From the NCBI GenBank assembly GCA_963720315.1, contig CAVRFC010000005.1, positions 863,437 to 927,436 on the forward strand: a stretch of 64,000 bases of DNA, given 5' to 3'. Under the pieces are notes generated by a model that ran no database searches, had not been told where the DNA came from, and worked only from the letters and a program-made list of their open reading frames with translations. Position 1 is the first letter of the stretch; each line of letters begins with the position of its first letter. Made by a program: the position numbers and the translations under genes. Positions 1 through 7,787 of this stretch are shown here, piece by piece. This DNA comes from an uncultured Chloroflexia bacterium (GTDB taxonomy: Bacteria; Chloroflexota; Limnocylindria; Limnocylindrales; CSP1-4).

Positions 1-995
1 GCAACGTGACGATCACGAACCAGACGGCCGGCGGCTATCTATCGGTCACCCCGACAGCCGTCGCCAACCCGCTCAGTTCGACGATCAACTTCCCGGTCGG
101 CGACAACCGGGCGAACAACCTGACCGTCCCGCTATCGGCCGACGGCAAGCTGGCCGCCGTCTACAAGGCACCGGGTGGCCGGACGACCCAGCTGATCTTC
201 GACGTCACCGGCTACTTCGTCGCCGGCAGTGCCGAAGCCGAGTACAAGCTGATCACGCCGGTGCGCGCCCTGGACAGCCGGTTCGGTACCGGGCTGAGCG
301 GGGCGTTCCAGAAGGACGTCCCACGCGAGCTGTCGATCGGGCCGGCCCACGTCCCGGCCGGTGCGGTGGCGATCACGGGCAACCTGACCGTCGTGGGCCA
401 GACGGGAGCCGGCTTCCTGTCGATCACCCCGGTCTCGGACTCGACCCCCTCGACGTCCAACCTCAACTTCCCGCTCGGTGACACGCGGGCCAACGGGTTC
501 GTCGCGCCGCTCGATCCCCAGGACGACCTGTGGATCGTCTACAAGACGACGGCTCCGGGTGCCCGTTCGGCGCACGTCCTGCTCGATGTCACCGGCTACT
601 TCGTCGACGACTCGACGGGCCTGCTCTTCTACCCGTTGACCCCGGGTCGGGTCATGGATACCCGCAGCGTTCCACTGTCGGGCCTGTCCGGATCGTTCAA
701 TGCAAACGTGCCGCGGCGGCTGGACATCACCGGCCACTGGGGTGCGCCGCTCGGCGCCCAGGCCGTCACCGGCAACCTGACGGTCGTCAATCAGACTGCC
801 GCCGGCTACGTCTCGGCGACCCTCAATTCGGAGGCCAGCCCGACCACGTCGGTCCTGAACTTCCCGCTGGGTGACACTCGGGCCAACGGCGCGACCCTGC
901 CGCTCAACGCCGGCGGTCGCTCATGGTTCGTCTACAAGGCTCCGGGCGGCCGGACGACCCACCTCATCTTCGACCTCTCCGGCTACTTCGACTAG
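1..995 (+). CDS. 3' part (5' end outside window) of a secreted repeat protein: three tandem ~115-aa copies of an uncharacterised domain (GNLTVVGQT-AG(Y/F)LS-TP ... LNFP-GDTRANG ... VYK ... (I/L)(F/L)DVTGYF)
   Basis: ORF 6..995 is open to the window edge. Three internal repeats are visible in the translation, and the same repeat occurs 3x at 21.6-22.7 kb. TAG stop at 993-995 is followed by a hairpin. Confidence 0.75.
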   Translation, partial: NVTITNQTAGGYLSVTPTAVANPLSSTINFPVGDNRANNLTVPLSADGKLAAVYKAPGGRTTQLIFDVTGYFVAGSAEAEYKLITPVRALDSRFGTGLSGAFQKDVPRELSIGPAHVPAGAVAITGNLTVVGQTGAGFLSITPVSDSTPSTSNLNFPLGDTRANGFVAPLDPQDDLWIVYKTTAPGARSAHVLLDVTGYFVDDSTGLLFYPLTPGRVMDTRSVPLSGLSGSFNANVPRRLDITGHWGAPLGAQAVTGNLTVVNQTAAGYVSATLNSEASPTTSVLNFPLGDTRANGATLPLNAGGRSWFVYKAPGGRTTHLIFDLSGYFD

Positions 996-1028
996 TCGTC
1001 GCGACCGAGAGGCAACCCTCGCAACGAC

Positions 1029-1055
1029 AACGGCCCGCCGTCCCGGCGGGCCGTT
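1029..1055. terminator. Bidirectional stem-loop between convergent genes
   Basis: Perfect 12-bp inverted repeat AACGGCCCGCCG / CGGCGGGCCGTT with a 3-nt loop, located between the stop at 995 (+) and the mscL stop at 1106 (-). No clear U-tract. Confidence 0.55.
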
Positions 1056-1105
1056 CGATTGCGGGCATCTGGCCGCGGCCCTTGGACCCGCCACCGCCCG
1101 GTCAA

Positions 1106-1480
1106 TCAGATCGTGCTCGCGCACGCCCGGCACTTGGTCGCGCCGAGCGCGTTCGGCTCCATGCAGAATGGGCAGGTCTTGACCTCCGCCTGCGCCTCCT
1201 CCTTGATGAACAGCCTGGCGATCTGCCAGACAACAAAGGCGACAATGACGAAGGCAACGACTGCGTTGATGAACGCACCGTAGCGGATAGCCGCCCCACC
1301 GCCGATATCAATCGCAAGGTCCGAGAAGTCCGCCTGCCCTAGCAGCCTCCCGACGGGCGGCATGATGATGTCGTCCACGAGCGACGTGACGACCGTGCCG
1401 AGCGCTCCGCCGATGATCACGCCGATCGCAAGCGCGAGAGCGTTGGTCTTGAGCAGGAACGCCTTGAACTCCCCGATCAT
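1106..1480 (-). CDS. mscL: Large-conductance mechanosensitive channel MscL with a C-terminal CxxC-X10-CxxC zinc-ribbon extension
   Basis: MIGEFKAFLLKTNALALAIGVIIGGALGTVVTSLVDDIIMPPVG... is the canonical MscL N-terminus/TM1, followed by TM2. The tail is KTCPFCMEPNALGATKCRAC. Confidence 0.9.
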   Translation of the reverse strand: MIGEFKAFLLKTNALALAIGVIIGGALGTVVTSLVDDIIMPPVGRLLGQADFSDLAIDIGGGAAIRYGAFINAVVAFVIVAFVVWQIARLFIKEEAQAEVKTCPFCMEPNALGATKCRACASTI

Positions 1481-1588
1481 CGGCAGCGCCCTCCCTCGTT
1501 GAACGTTCTCTCTCGGGCTGACGATGGTACGCTCCGAACCCCCCGGGCGTGCACACGGCGCACCTCATCTGAGCGGGAGCCGCAACCA

Positions 1589-3280
1589 ATGGACCAGTCG
1601 TTCCGCGACGAGATGACGACGGGCTATGCCCTGGACGAGCCGTCCGTCGTGATCGGCAGCCCGATGCTCGATGGCGAGCTCTACAACGAGCCGCGGGTCC
1701 GGGTAGCGCTCTCGATGATGAACCGCCACGGGCTGATCGCCGGGGCGACCGGGACCGGCAAGACCAAGACCCTCCAGCTGCTCGCCGGCGAGCTGTCGAA
1801 GGCCGGCGTGCCGGTCTTCATCTCCGACATCAAGGGCGACGTCTCGGGTATGGCCGCACCCGGCGATGCGGCGAACCCCAAGGTCCAGGAGCGGGTGGCA
1901 TCCCTTGACTGGACGTTCGCGCCGTCGGGTCACCCGGTCGAACTGCTGTCGCTGTCGGGACTCCTCGGCGCTCAGGTCCGGGCGACCGTCTCGTCGTTCG
2001 GGCCGCTGCTCCTCGGCAAGGTCCTCGACCTCAATGAGACGCAGACCTCGATCCTGTCGCTGATCTTCAAGTACTGCGACGACAACCAGCTCCCGCTGCT
2101 CGACCTCGCCGACCTGGCGACGACCCTCAAGTACCTCGCGTCGGACGAGGGCAAGCCGATCCTCGACGAGTACGGCGGGATGTCGAGCGCGTCGGTCGGC
2201 GTGCTGCTGCGCTCGATCATCGTCCTCGAGCAGGAGGGGGTCGACGCCTTCTTCGGCGAGCCGGAGTTCGAGGTCGGCGATCTCCTCCGGACGACGCCGG
2301 ACGGCCAGGGCGTCGTCAGCATCCTCGAGCTGTCGGACGTCATGGACCAGCCCCGGATGTTCTCGACGTTCATGCTCTGGATGCTCGCCCAGCTGTACGA
2401 GCACCTGCCCGAGGCGGGCGACCTGCCGAAGCCGAAGCTCGTCTTCTTCTTCGACGAGGCGCACCTCCTGTTCGACGACGCGTCCGAGGCGCTGATGGAC
2501 CAGATCGAGCGGACGGCGCGACTGATTCGATCGAAGGGCGTCGGCGTCTACTTCGTCACCCAGGCGCCGACCGATGTCCCCTCATCGGTCCTGGCCCAGC
2601 TCGGCAACCGGATCCAGCACGCGCTCCGGGCGTTCACGCCCGACGACGCCGACGCGCTGCGCAAGACCGCCCGGACGTTCCCGATGACCGAGCGCTACGA
2701 CGTCGAGAAGACGCTCACGTCGCTGGGCATCGGCGAGGCGCTCGTCACCGTTCTGTCTCCACGGGGCGTGCCAACGCCGCTCGCTGCCACCCGCCTGCTG
2801 CCGCCGGACTCGCTGATGGCGCCGCTCCCGCCGGCGGAGTTCCAGGCCCGCATCGCGGCGAGCCTGCTGGCGACGAAGTACGCGATGGCGATCGATCGCG
2901 AGAGCGCCCACGAGATGATCTCTGGGCGCATCGCCGCCGCCCGGGCCGCGGCCGTCGACGTCGCCGCCCAGAACGCGGTTCGGGACCAGGTGAGCCCGAC
3001 GTCGGCCGGCGGGCTCAACACCATGACACCTGCCCAGCAGCAGCGCGAGATCGCCCGCCAGGCGCGGGCGATGGCCGCCGCCGAGAAGGCGGCCGAGCGC
3101 CAGCGCCAGGCCGAAGCGCGGCGACAGGCGTCCCTCGAGCGCGTCCGGCAGGCGGACGCCCGGAGGCGTGACAAGCAGGTTCAGACGGCGATCAGGACCG
3201 GCGGCAAGGTCCTCACCTCGAAGGCCGGCCAGGACATCATTCGGGGCGTCTTCGGGACGCTGTTCGGCCGCAAGGGCTGA
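1589..3280 (+). CDS. DUF853 / HerA-like (YjgR-type) P-loop NTPase
   Basis: Walker A GATGTGKTKT and Walker B LVFFFDEAHLLF, with a charged coiled C-terminal tail. ATG at 1589 chosen over the upstream alternative start at 1499. Confidence 0.85.
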   Translation: MDQSFRDEMTTGYALDEPSVVIGSPMLDGELYNEPRVRVALSMMNRHGLIAGATGTGKTKTLQLLAGELSKAGVPVFISDIKGDVSGMAAPGDAANPKVQERVASLDWTFAPSGHPVELLSLSGLLGAQVRATVSSFGPLLLGKVLDLNETQTSILSLIFKYCDDNQLPLLDLADLATTLKYLASDEGKPILDEYGGMSSASVGVLLRSIIVLEQEGVDAFFGEPEFEVGDLLRTTPDGQGVVSILELSDVMDQPRMFSTFMLWMLAQLYEHLPEAGDLPKPKLVFFFDEAHLLFDDASEALMDQIERTARLIRSKGVGVYFVTQAPTDVPSSVLAQLGNRIQHALRAFTPDDADALRKTARTFPMTERYDVEKTLTSLGIGEALVTVLSPRGVPTPLAATRLLPPDSLMAPLPPAEFQARIAASLLATKYAMAIDRESAHEMISGRIAAARAAAVDVAAQNAVRDQVSPTSAGGLNTMTPAQQQREIARQARAMAAAEKAAERQRQAEARRQASLERVRQADARRRDKQVQTAIRTGGKVLTSKAGQDIIRGVFGTLFGRKG

Positions 3281-3430
3281 CCGCCAGCAGGGTCTTCGGC
3301 CAAGTCGCAACGATCCCAGTGGTGCATGGAGGCACCGATCCGCTGAAAGCGGGGGTAGGATCGAATCGGACGCCGTTCGGCTCGTGCCGTGCGGTTGACG
3401 GGGGCAGCCGAGCGCGCGGACGAGGCACCG

Positions 3431-4263
3431 ATGCGGACCATCGCGATCATCAACCGCAAGGGGGGCTGCGGGAAGACGGCGGCCGCCGTCAGCCTCGCCG
3501 GCGCGCTCGGCAAATCCGGCCGTCGCTCGCTCCTCATCGATCTCGATCCCCAGGGGTCGGCGTCGTCGTGGATCGGACCCGGTCCAACAGACGGGCGCGA
3601 GCTGTTCGAGACGTTCCTCGGCACCCAGAGCCTGGCCGATCTCGCGCAGCCATCGCGAGCCTCTGGCGTCGATGTCGTACCCGCGTCATCGTGGCTTGTC
3701 ACCGCCGAGCGCACGCTCCAGGTGGATCTCGCGCTCGGCGCGATCCGAGCCCTCGAGCGCCTGCCGGCCGCCTGGGACTTCGTGCTCATCGACTGCCCGC
3801 CAACGCTCGGCTACCTCGCCAGCGCCGCCCTGTGCGGCTGCCATGAGGCAGTGCTACCGCTCCAGCCGCACGGGCTGGACGCGTCGGGGGTCGATCCGGT
3901 CCTCGAGGAAATGGCCCGGATCAGGCGGCAGCTCAACCCCGGCCTTGTCCTGACCGGCATCATCCTTGGTCGCGTCAGCCGGACGAATCACGCCCGGGAC
4001 GTCATGGCGTGGCTCCGCCAGACCTACGGACACGACGTATTCGAGCCCACGATCCGCGACAGCATCCGGGTGCCCGAGGCGGCGACGGCCGGACTCCCCG
4101 TCACCGCCTATGCGCCGGCTGCGAAGGTGGCCGCCGATGTCCGCGGTGTCGCCGACGAACTCATAGCGCGCGACCCCGACCCGCAACCCGCGTCGCCGAC
4201 GAGGCCGATGGGCAGGCCGGCTGGCGAGGCCTGGTCGGCCGGCTGGTCGGATCGCGGGCCTGA
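3431..4263 (+). CDS. Orphan ParA/Soj-family ATPase; 3' end unresolved
   Basis: MRTIAIINRKGGCGKTAAAVSLA (deviant Walker A KGGxGKT) and LLIDLDPQGS. The ParA-like region ends near 4180. As given, the frame has no stop until 5143 and runs antisense through PPK2. The end at 4263 assumes a 1-nt frame error (stop of the neighbouring frame). Confidence 0.65.
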
Positions 4264-4303
4264 ACATGGCCCCGGCCCGGCGGCGGGCCGGACCCGCCCG
4301 GTC

Positions 4304-5134
4304 CTACTCGACGATCACGCCCGTGAGGTCCTCGGTCGGCTCCGGATAGCGCGGATCGAGGTCGTCGAGCGTGTCGGCCAGGATGTCGCTGACGGCGAGG
4401 TTGCGGAACCACTTCTTGTTCGATGGGATGACGTACCACGGCGCCTTGTCCGTCGAGCAGCGCGACAACGCGTCCTCGTAGGCGGCGATGTACTCGTCCC
4501 AGTGCTTCCGTTCCTCGAGGTCGCCGAGCCGGAACTTCCAGCGCTTCGTTGGATCGTCGAGCCGGGCCTGGAAGCGCTCGCGCTGCTCGTCGCGATCGAT
4601 GTAGAGGAAGAACTTGATGATCGTCGTGCCTTCCTCGGCGAGCAGCTGCTCGAAAGCCTTGATCTGGTCGTAGCGGCGCGACCAGACGGCTTTCGGAACG
4701 ATGTCGTGGACGCGCACGACGAGGACGTCCTCGTAATGCGAGCGGTTGAAGACGCCGATCTCGCCCTTGCCGGGGACGCGTTTGTGGACGCGCCAGAGGT
4801 AGTCGTGGGCGAGCTCCTCGGGCGAGGGCACCTTGAACGCGGTGACGGGACAGCCCTGCGGGTTGAACGCGCCCATCACGTGGCGGAGCGTCCCGTCCTT
4901 GCCGGCCGCGTCGATTCCCTGGAGGACGACGAGGACCCGATGCTTGCCCTCGGCCCAGAGGCGGTCCTGGAGATCGGTCAGCCGGGCGAGGCCGGTCTCG
5001 AGCTCCTCGGCCGCGGCCTCCTTCGTCCAGCCGTGTGTCGCCGCCGGATCGACCTTCGCGAGGTCGAGGCGCGTGCCAGGACGGACGCGGAGGGCGGCGC
5101 GCAGGTCGGCGGGGTCGGCGGGCGATCGGGCCAT
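4304..5134 (-). CDS. ppk2: Polyphosphate kinase 2 family (polyphosphate:nucleotide phosphotransferase)
   Basis: VLVVLQGIDAAGKDGTLRHV (P-loop), FNRSHYEDVLVVRVH and WYVIPSNKKWFRN are typical PPK2 motifs over the full length. Confidence 0.9.
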   Translation of the reverse strand: MARSPADPADLRAALRVRPGTRLDLAKVDPAATHGWTKEAAAEELETGLARLTDLQDRLWAEGKHRVLVVLQGIDAAGKDGTLRHVMGAFNPQGCPVTAFKVPSPEELAHDYLWRVHKRVPGKGEIGVFNRSHYEDVLVVRVHDIVPKAVWSRRYDQIKAFEQLLAEEGTTIIKFFLYIDRDEQRERFQARLDDPTKRWKFRLGDLEERKHWDEYIAAYEDALSRCSTDKAPWYVIPSNKKWFRNLAVSDILADTLDDLDPRYPEPTEDLTGVIVE

Positions 5135-5178
5135 CGGCTGTAGGATGACACGCAGGCCACACGCAGGGAGTTCTTCCG

Positions 5179-6624
5179 ATGACGACCACCGCCGGCACCA
5201 AGCCGCACCCGATCTTCCTCGCCGGCCGCTGGGTCGAATCGGACGATCCGCTGGTCGTCACGAACCCGGCCAATCCGGACGAGCCGGCCGGCGCAACGTT
5301 CAACGCCAGCGAGGCCCAGTACGAGGAAGCGGTCGAGGCGGCCGTCGCAGCCTTCGAGGTGACCCGGACGTTGCCCGCCTACGAGCGCGGCGCGATCCTG
5401 CGGAACATCAGCGCCGGGATCAAGGCCCGACGCGAGGAGCTCGGCAAGATCATGGCCCGCGAGGCCGGCAAGCCGATCCGCGACGCGCTCATCGAGGTCG
5501 ATCGGGCGGTCATCACGTTCCGCCTCGGCGCCGAGGAGGCGGAGCGGATGGTCGGCGAGACGATTCCGCTGGACCTCATGCCCGCGTCCAAGGGCCGCGT
5601 CGGCATCACCCGCCGGTTCCCGATCGGTCCGATCGCCGGGATCAGCCCGTTCAACTTCCCGCTCAACCTCGCCGCCCACAAGCTGTCGCCGGCGATTGCC
5701 TCGGGCAACACGATCGTCCTCAAGCCGCCGTCGAAGGACCCGCTCACGATGCTGACCGTGGCCGAGATCATCGAGGAGGCCGGCCCGCCCGCCGGTTCGG
5801 TCAGCATCCTGCCGATGACCCGCGAGCTCGGCGACAAGATGGTCGCCGACGAGCGCTTCAAGCTCCTGACGTTCACCGGCAGTCCCTCGGTCGGCTGGCG
5901 GATGAAGGAGCGGGCCGGCAAGAAGAAGGTCGTCCTCGAGCTCGGCGGCAACGCGGGGGTCATCGTCGACAAGTCGGCCGACCTCGACTGGGCCGTCCGC
6001 CGGCTGCTTGTCGGTGCGTTCACGTATGCCGGTCAGGTCTGCATCAGCGTCCAGCGGATGTTCGTCCACGAGGACATCTGGGACGAGCTGATGAAGCGCT
6101 TCGTCGAGGGCGCGAAGTCGATCAAGATGGGCGATCCGCTCGATCCGGAGACGGAGCTCGGGCCGATGGTCGATGGGGCCGCCGCCGAGCGCACCCAGCG
6201 CTGGGTCGACGAGGCGGTGGCGATGGGCGGCAAGGTCCTGCTGGGCGGCAAGGCCGACGGCAACTTCTTCCCGCCGACGATCCTCACCGATGTCCCACCG
6301 CAGGCCCAGGTCTGCTCGAACGAGGCGTTCGCCCCGCTCGCCGTCGCCTTCCGGTTCAACGACTTCGGCGATGCCATCAGGCAGGTCAACGATTCGATGT
6401 TCGGGCTCCAGACGGGCGTGTTCACCAACGATCTCGCCAACTCGTGGCGGGCGTTCAACGAGCTCGAGGTCGGCGGGGTGATCGTCAACGACGTGCCGAC
6501 CTACCGGATCGACCACATGCCCTACGGCGGCGTCAAGGATTCGGGCCTCGGCCGGGAGGGCCTCCGCTGGGCGATCGAGGACATGACCGAAGTCCGGATC
6601 ATGGTGCTGGCCCAGCCCGGGTAA
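5179..6624 (+). CDS. NAD(P)+-dependent aldehyde dehydrogenase family protein
   Basis: ELGGNAG ... GQVCISVQR (catalytic Cys region), FTGSPSVG, full ~480-aa ALDH length. GGAG-like RBS before the ATG at 5179. Confidence 0.9.
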   Translation: MTTTAGTKPHPIFLAGRWVESDDPLVVTNPANPDEPAGATFNASEAQYEEAVEAAVAAFEVTRTLPAYERGAILRNISAGIKARREELGKIMAREAGKPIRDALIEVDRAVITFRLGAEEAERMVGETIPLDLMPASKGRVGITRRFPIGPIAGISPFNFPLNLAAHKLSPAIASGNTIVLKPPSKDPLTMLTVAEIIEEAGPPAGSVSILPMTRELGDKMVADERFKLLTFTGSPSVGWRMKERAGKKKVVLELGGNAGVIVDKSADLDWAVRRLLVGAFTYAGQVCISVQRMFVHEDIWDELMKRFVEGAKSIKMGDPLDPETELGPMVDGAAAERTQRWVDEAVAMGGKVLLGGKADGNFFPPTILTDVPPQAQVCSNEAFAPLAVAFRFNDFGDAIRQVNDSMFGLQTGVFTNDLANSWRAFNELEVGGVIVNDVPTYRIDHMPYGGVKDSGLGREGLRWAIEDMTEVRIMVLAQPG

Positions 6625-6665
6625 TCGGGCTCCTTGGCCGCTACGTTGTCCGCGTAATCGGGCTC

Positions 6666-6839
6666 CCTGGTCCGCCAGCCGGACCAACGGACGAACGGGA
6701 CTCTCGACCTGGCCCAATTCGGCCTGCTCCACCGTCTACTGGTCCGGCAGCCGAACCAGATGGCGAACGAAGCCAGGGATCCGGCCCGATTTGACTGCCC
6801 CGCCCGCTCGTTGGTCCGCGAGCCGGACCGGGCGCGGCC
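6666..6839 (+). repeat. Copy A of a ~172-nt three-hairpin intergenic repeat (MITE/REP-like, terminal inverted repeats)
   Basis: Contains three TGGTCCG-N3-5-CGGACCA palindromes plus the conserved spacers ACGGACGAACGGG and CCCGCTCGTT. Aligns along its length with 7547..7718 and 9865..10038. Ends 1 nt before the stop of the HTH gene. Confidence 0.85.
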
Positions 6840-7502
6840 TCAGAGAATTACGATGGCACCCCGTCCCGGGTCCCGCCCCGCACTCAGCGCCGCCATCATC
6901 TCGCGAGTGCGGGCCGGCATCAGGTGGTCCAATCCCACTCCGATCGACGCCAGAGCCCGACGATTAGCCCGGGTGTCGGACACCAACAGGATCAGGTGAC
7001 CAGTCGGATCGTCGCGGACCTTAAGCCCGAGGCGCCGCTCCAGTGCCTGTCCATCGGCGATCCGCGTCTCAGCTTCGACGCGAGCCCGCCACGGCGTCGG
7101 ATGGCGACCGGTGATCTCCGCGTCCCATGCCCGCAGGTCGCCCTCGATGGGAAGCGGCACCTCGGTTCGCCACCGTAGGCTCGGGTGAAGTCGCGCCCTG
7201 AGGCGGTCGAGCAGCTGCAGCTGTGCGCGGTCTCGGATCGGGTCACCGGCCGGGTAGGCTCGAAGGCCCAGGTCGAGACCCACGACAGCGCACCACGCTC
7301 CGAGCTCGGCGATCGACACGCGCTCCAACTCCCCTCGCTCGAAACGCAGGAGCTGTTGATGCGAAGCGGTTGACGCGGCCGCGACCTCCCGAAGGCTGAG
7401 GCCGGCGCCCACGCGCGCCTGCCGATGTTCCTGCCCCAAACGCCTGAAGGCGTCCTTCGCGCGTCGGCGCCCTCGATCCGCCGGTCGCTCGCGGGTTCCC
7501 AT
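6840..7502 (-). CDS. XRE-family helix-turn-helix protein with an uncharacterised C-terminal domain
   Basis: The N-terminus RQARVGAGLSLREVAAASTASHQQLLRFERGE is a Cro/C1-type HTH. The C-terminal ~130 aa has a D...E-x-E-like pattern (RAWDAEI ... RVEAETR) weakly reminiscent of a PD-(D/E)xK fold. Confidence 0.75.
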   Translation of the reverse strand: MGTRERPADRGRRRAKDAFRRLGQEHRQARVGAGLSLREVAAASTASHQQLLRFERGELERVSIAELGAWCAVVGLDLGLRAYPAGDPIRDRAQLQLLDRLRARLHPSLRWRTEVPLPIEGDLRAWDAEITGRHPTPWRARVEAETRIADGQALERRLGLKVRDDPTGHLILLVSDTRANRRALASIGVGLDHLMPARTREMMAALSAGRDPGRGAIVIL

Positions 7503-7546
7503 GCTCGCATCATCCGACTCTGGGCTTTACCGGCGCTTTACTGACA

Positions 7547-7718
7547 CCCGGTCCGCCAGCCGGACCAACGGACGAACGGGCGAGTGGAACCGGGCCGAAT
7601 CGACCCGCTCCTCCCTCTGTTGGTCCGGTGGCCGGACCAATGGACGAACGAAGCCTGGAATCCGGCCCGATTGAGCCGTCCCGCCCGCTCGTTGGTCCGC
7701 GAGCCGGACCAAGGGCCC
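7547..7718 (+). repeat. Copy B of the ~172-nt three-hairpin repeat
   Basis: Same three palindromes and spacers as copy A, in direct orientation. Lies between the HTH gene start (7502) and the terminator of the lyase-like gene. Confidence 0.85.
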
Positions 7719-7733
7719 GAGATCAGAGAAACG

Positions 7734-7763
7734 ACGAACCCGCCGGTGGCCCGGCGGGTTCGT
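7734..7763 (-). terminator. Stem-loop downstream of the minus-strand gene 7788..9680
   Basis: ACGAACCCGCCGG-TGGC-CCGGCGGGTTCGT, a perfect 13-bp stem 25 nt after the stop codon (CTA at 7788-7790). Confidence 0.6.
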
Positions 7764-7787
7764 TCTGCGACTAGCTCCGAGGGAGCC

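Noticed and set aside
3389-5143. Treating the whole 584-aa ORF as a ParA fusion protein with a novel C-terminal domain.
   Set aside because: The 'domain' is exactly the antisense of PPK2 and has low-complexity composition (Arg/Val/Glu/Asp/Leu runs mirroring PPK2 codons).
4833-6794. Very long ORFs overlapping the aldehyde dehydrogenase gene (653 aa on + in another frame; 584 aa on - at 4978..6732).
   Set aside because: Their translations are Arg/Pro/Gly/Asp-rich low-complexity strings with no motifs. The ALDH frame has full-length family homology. These are typical shadow ORFs of a GC-rich genome.
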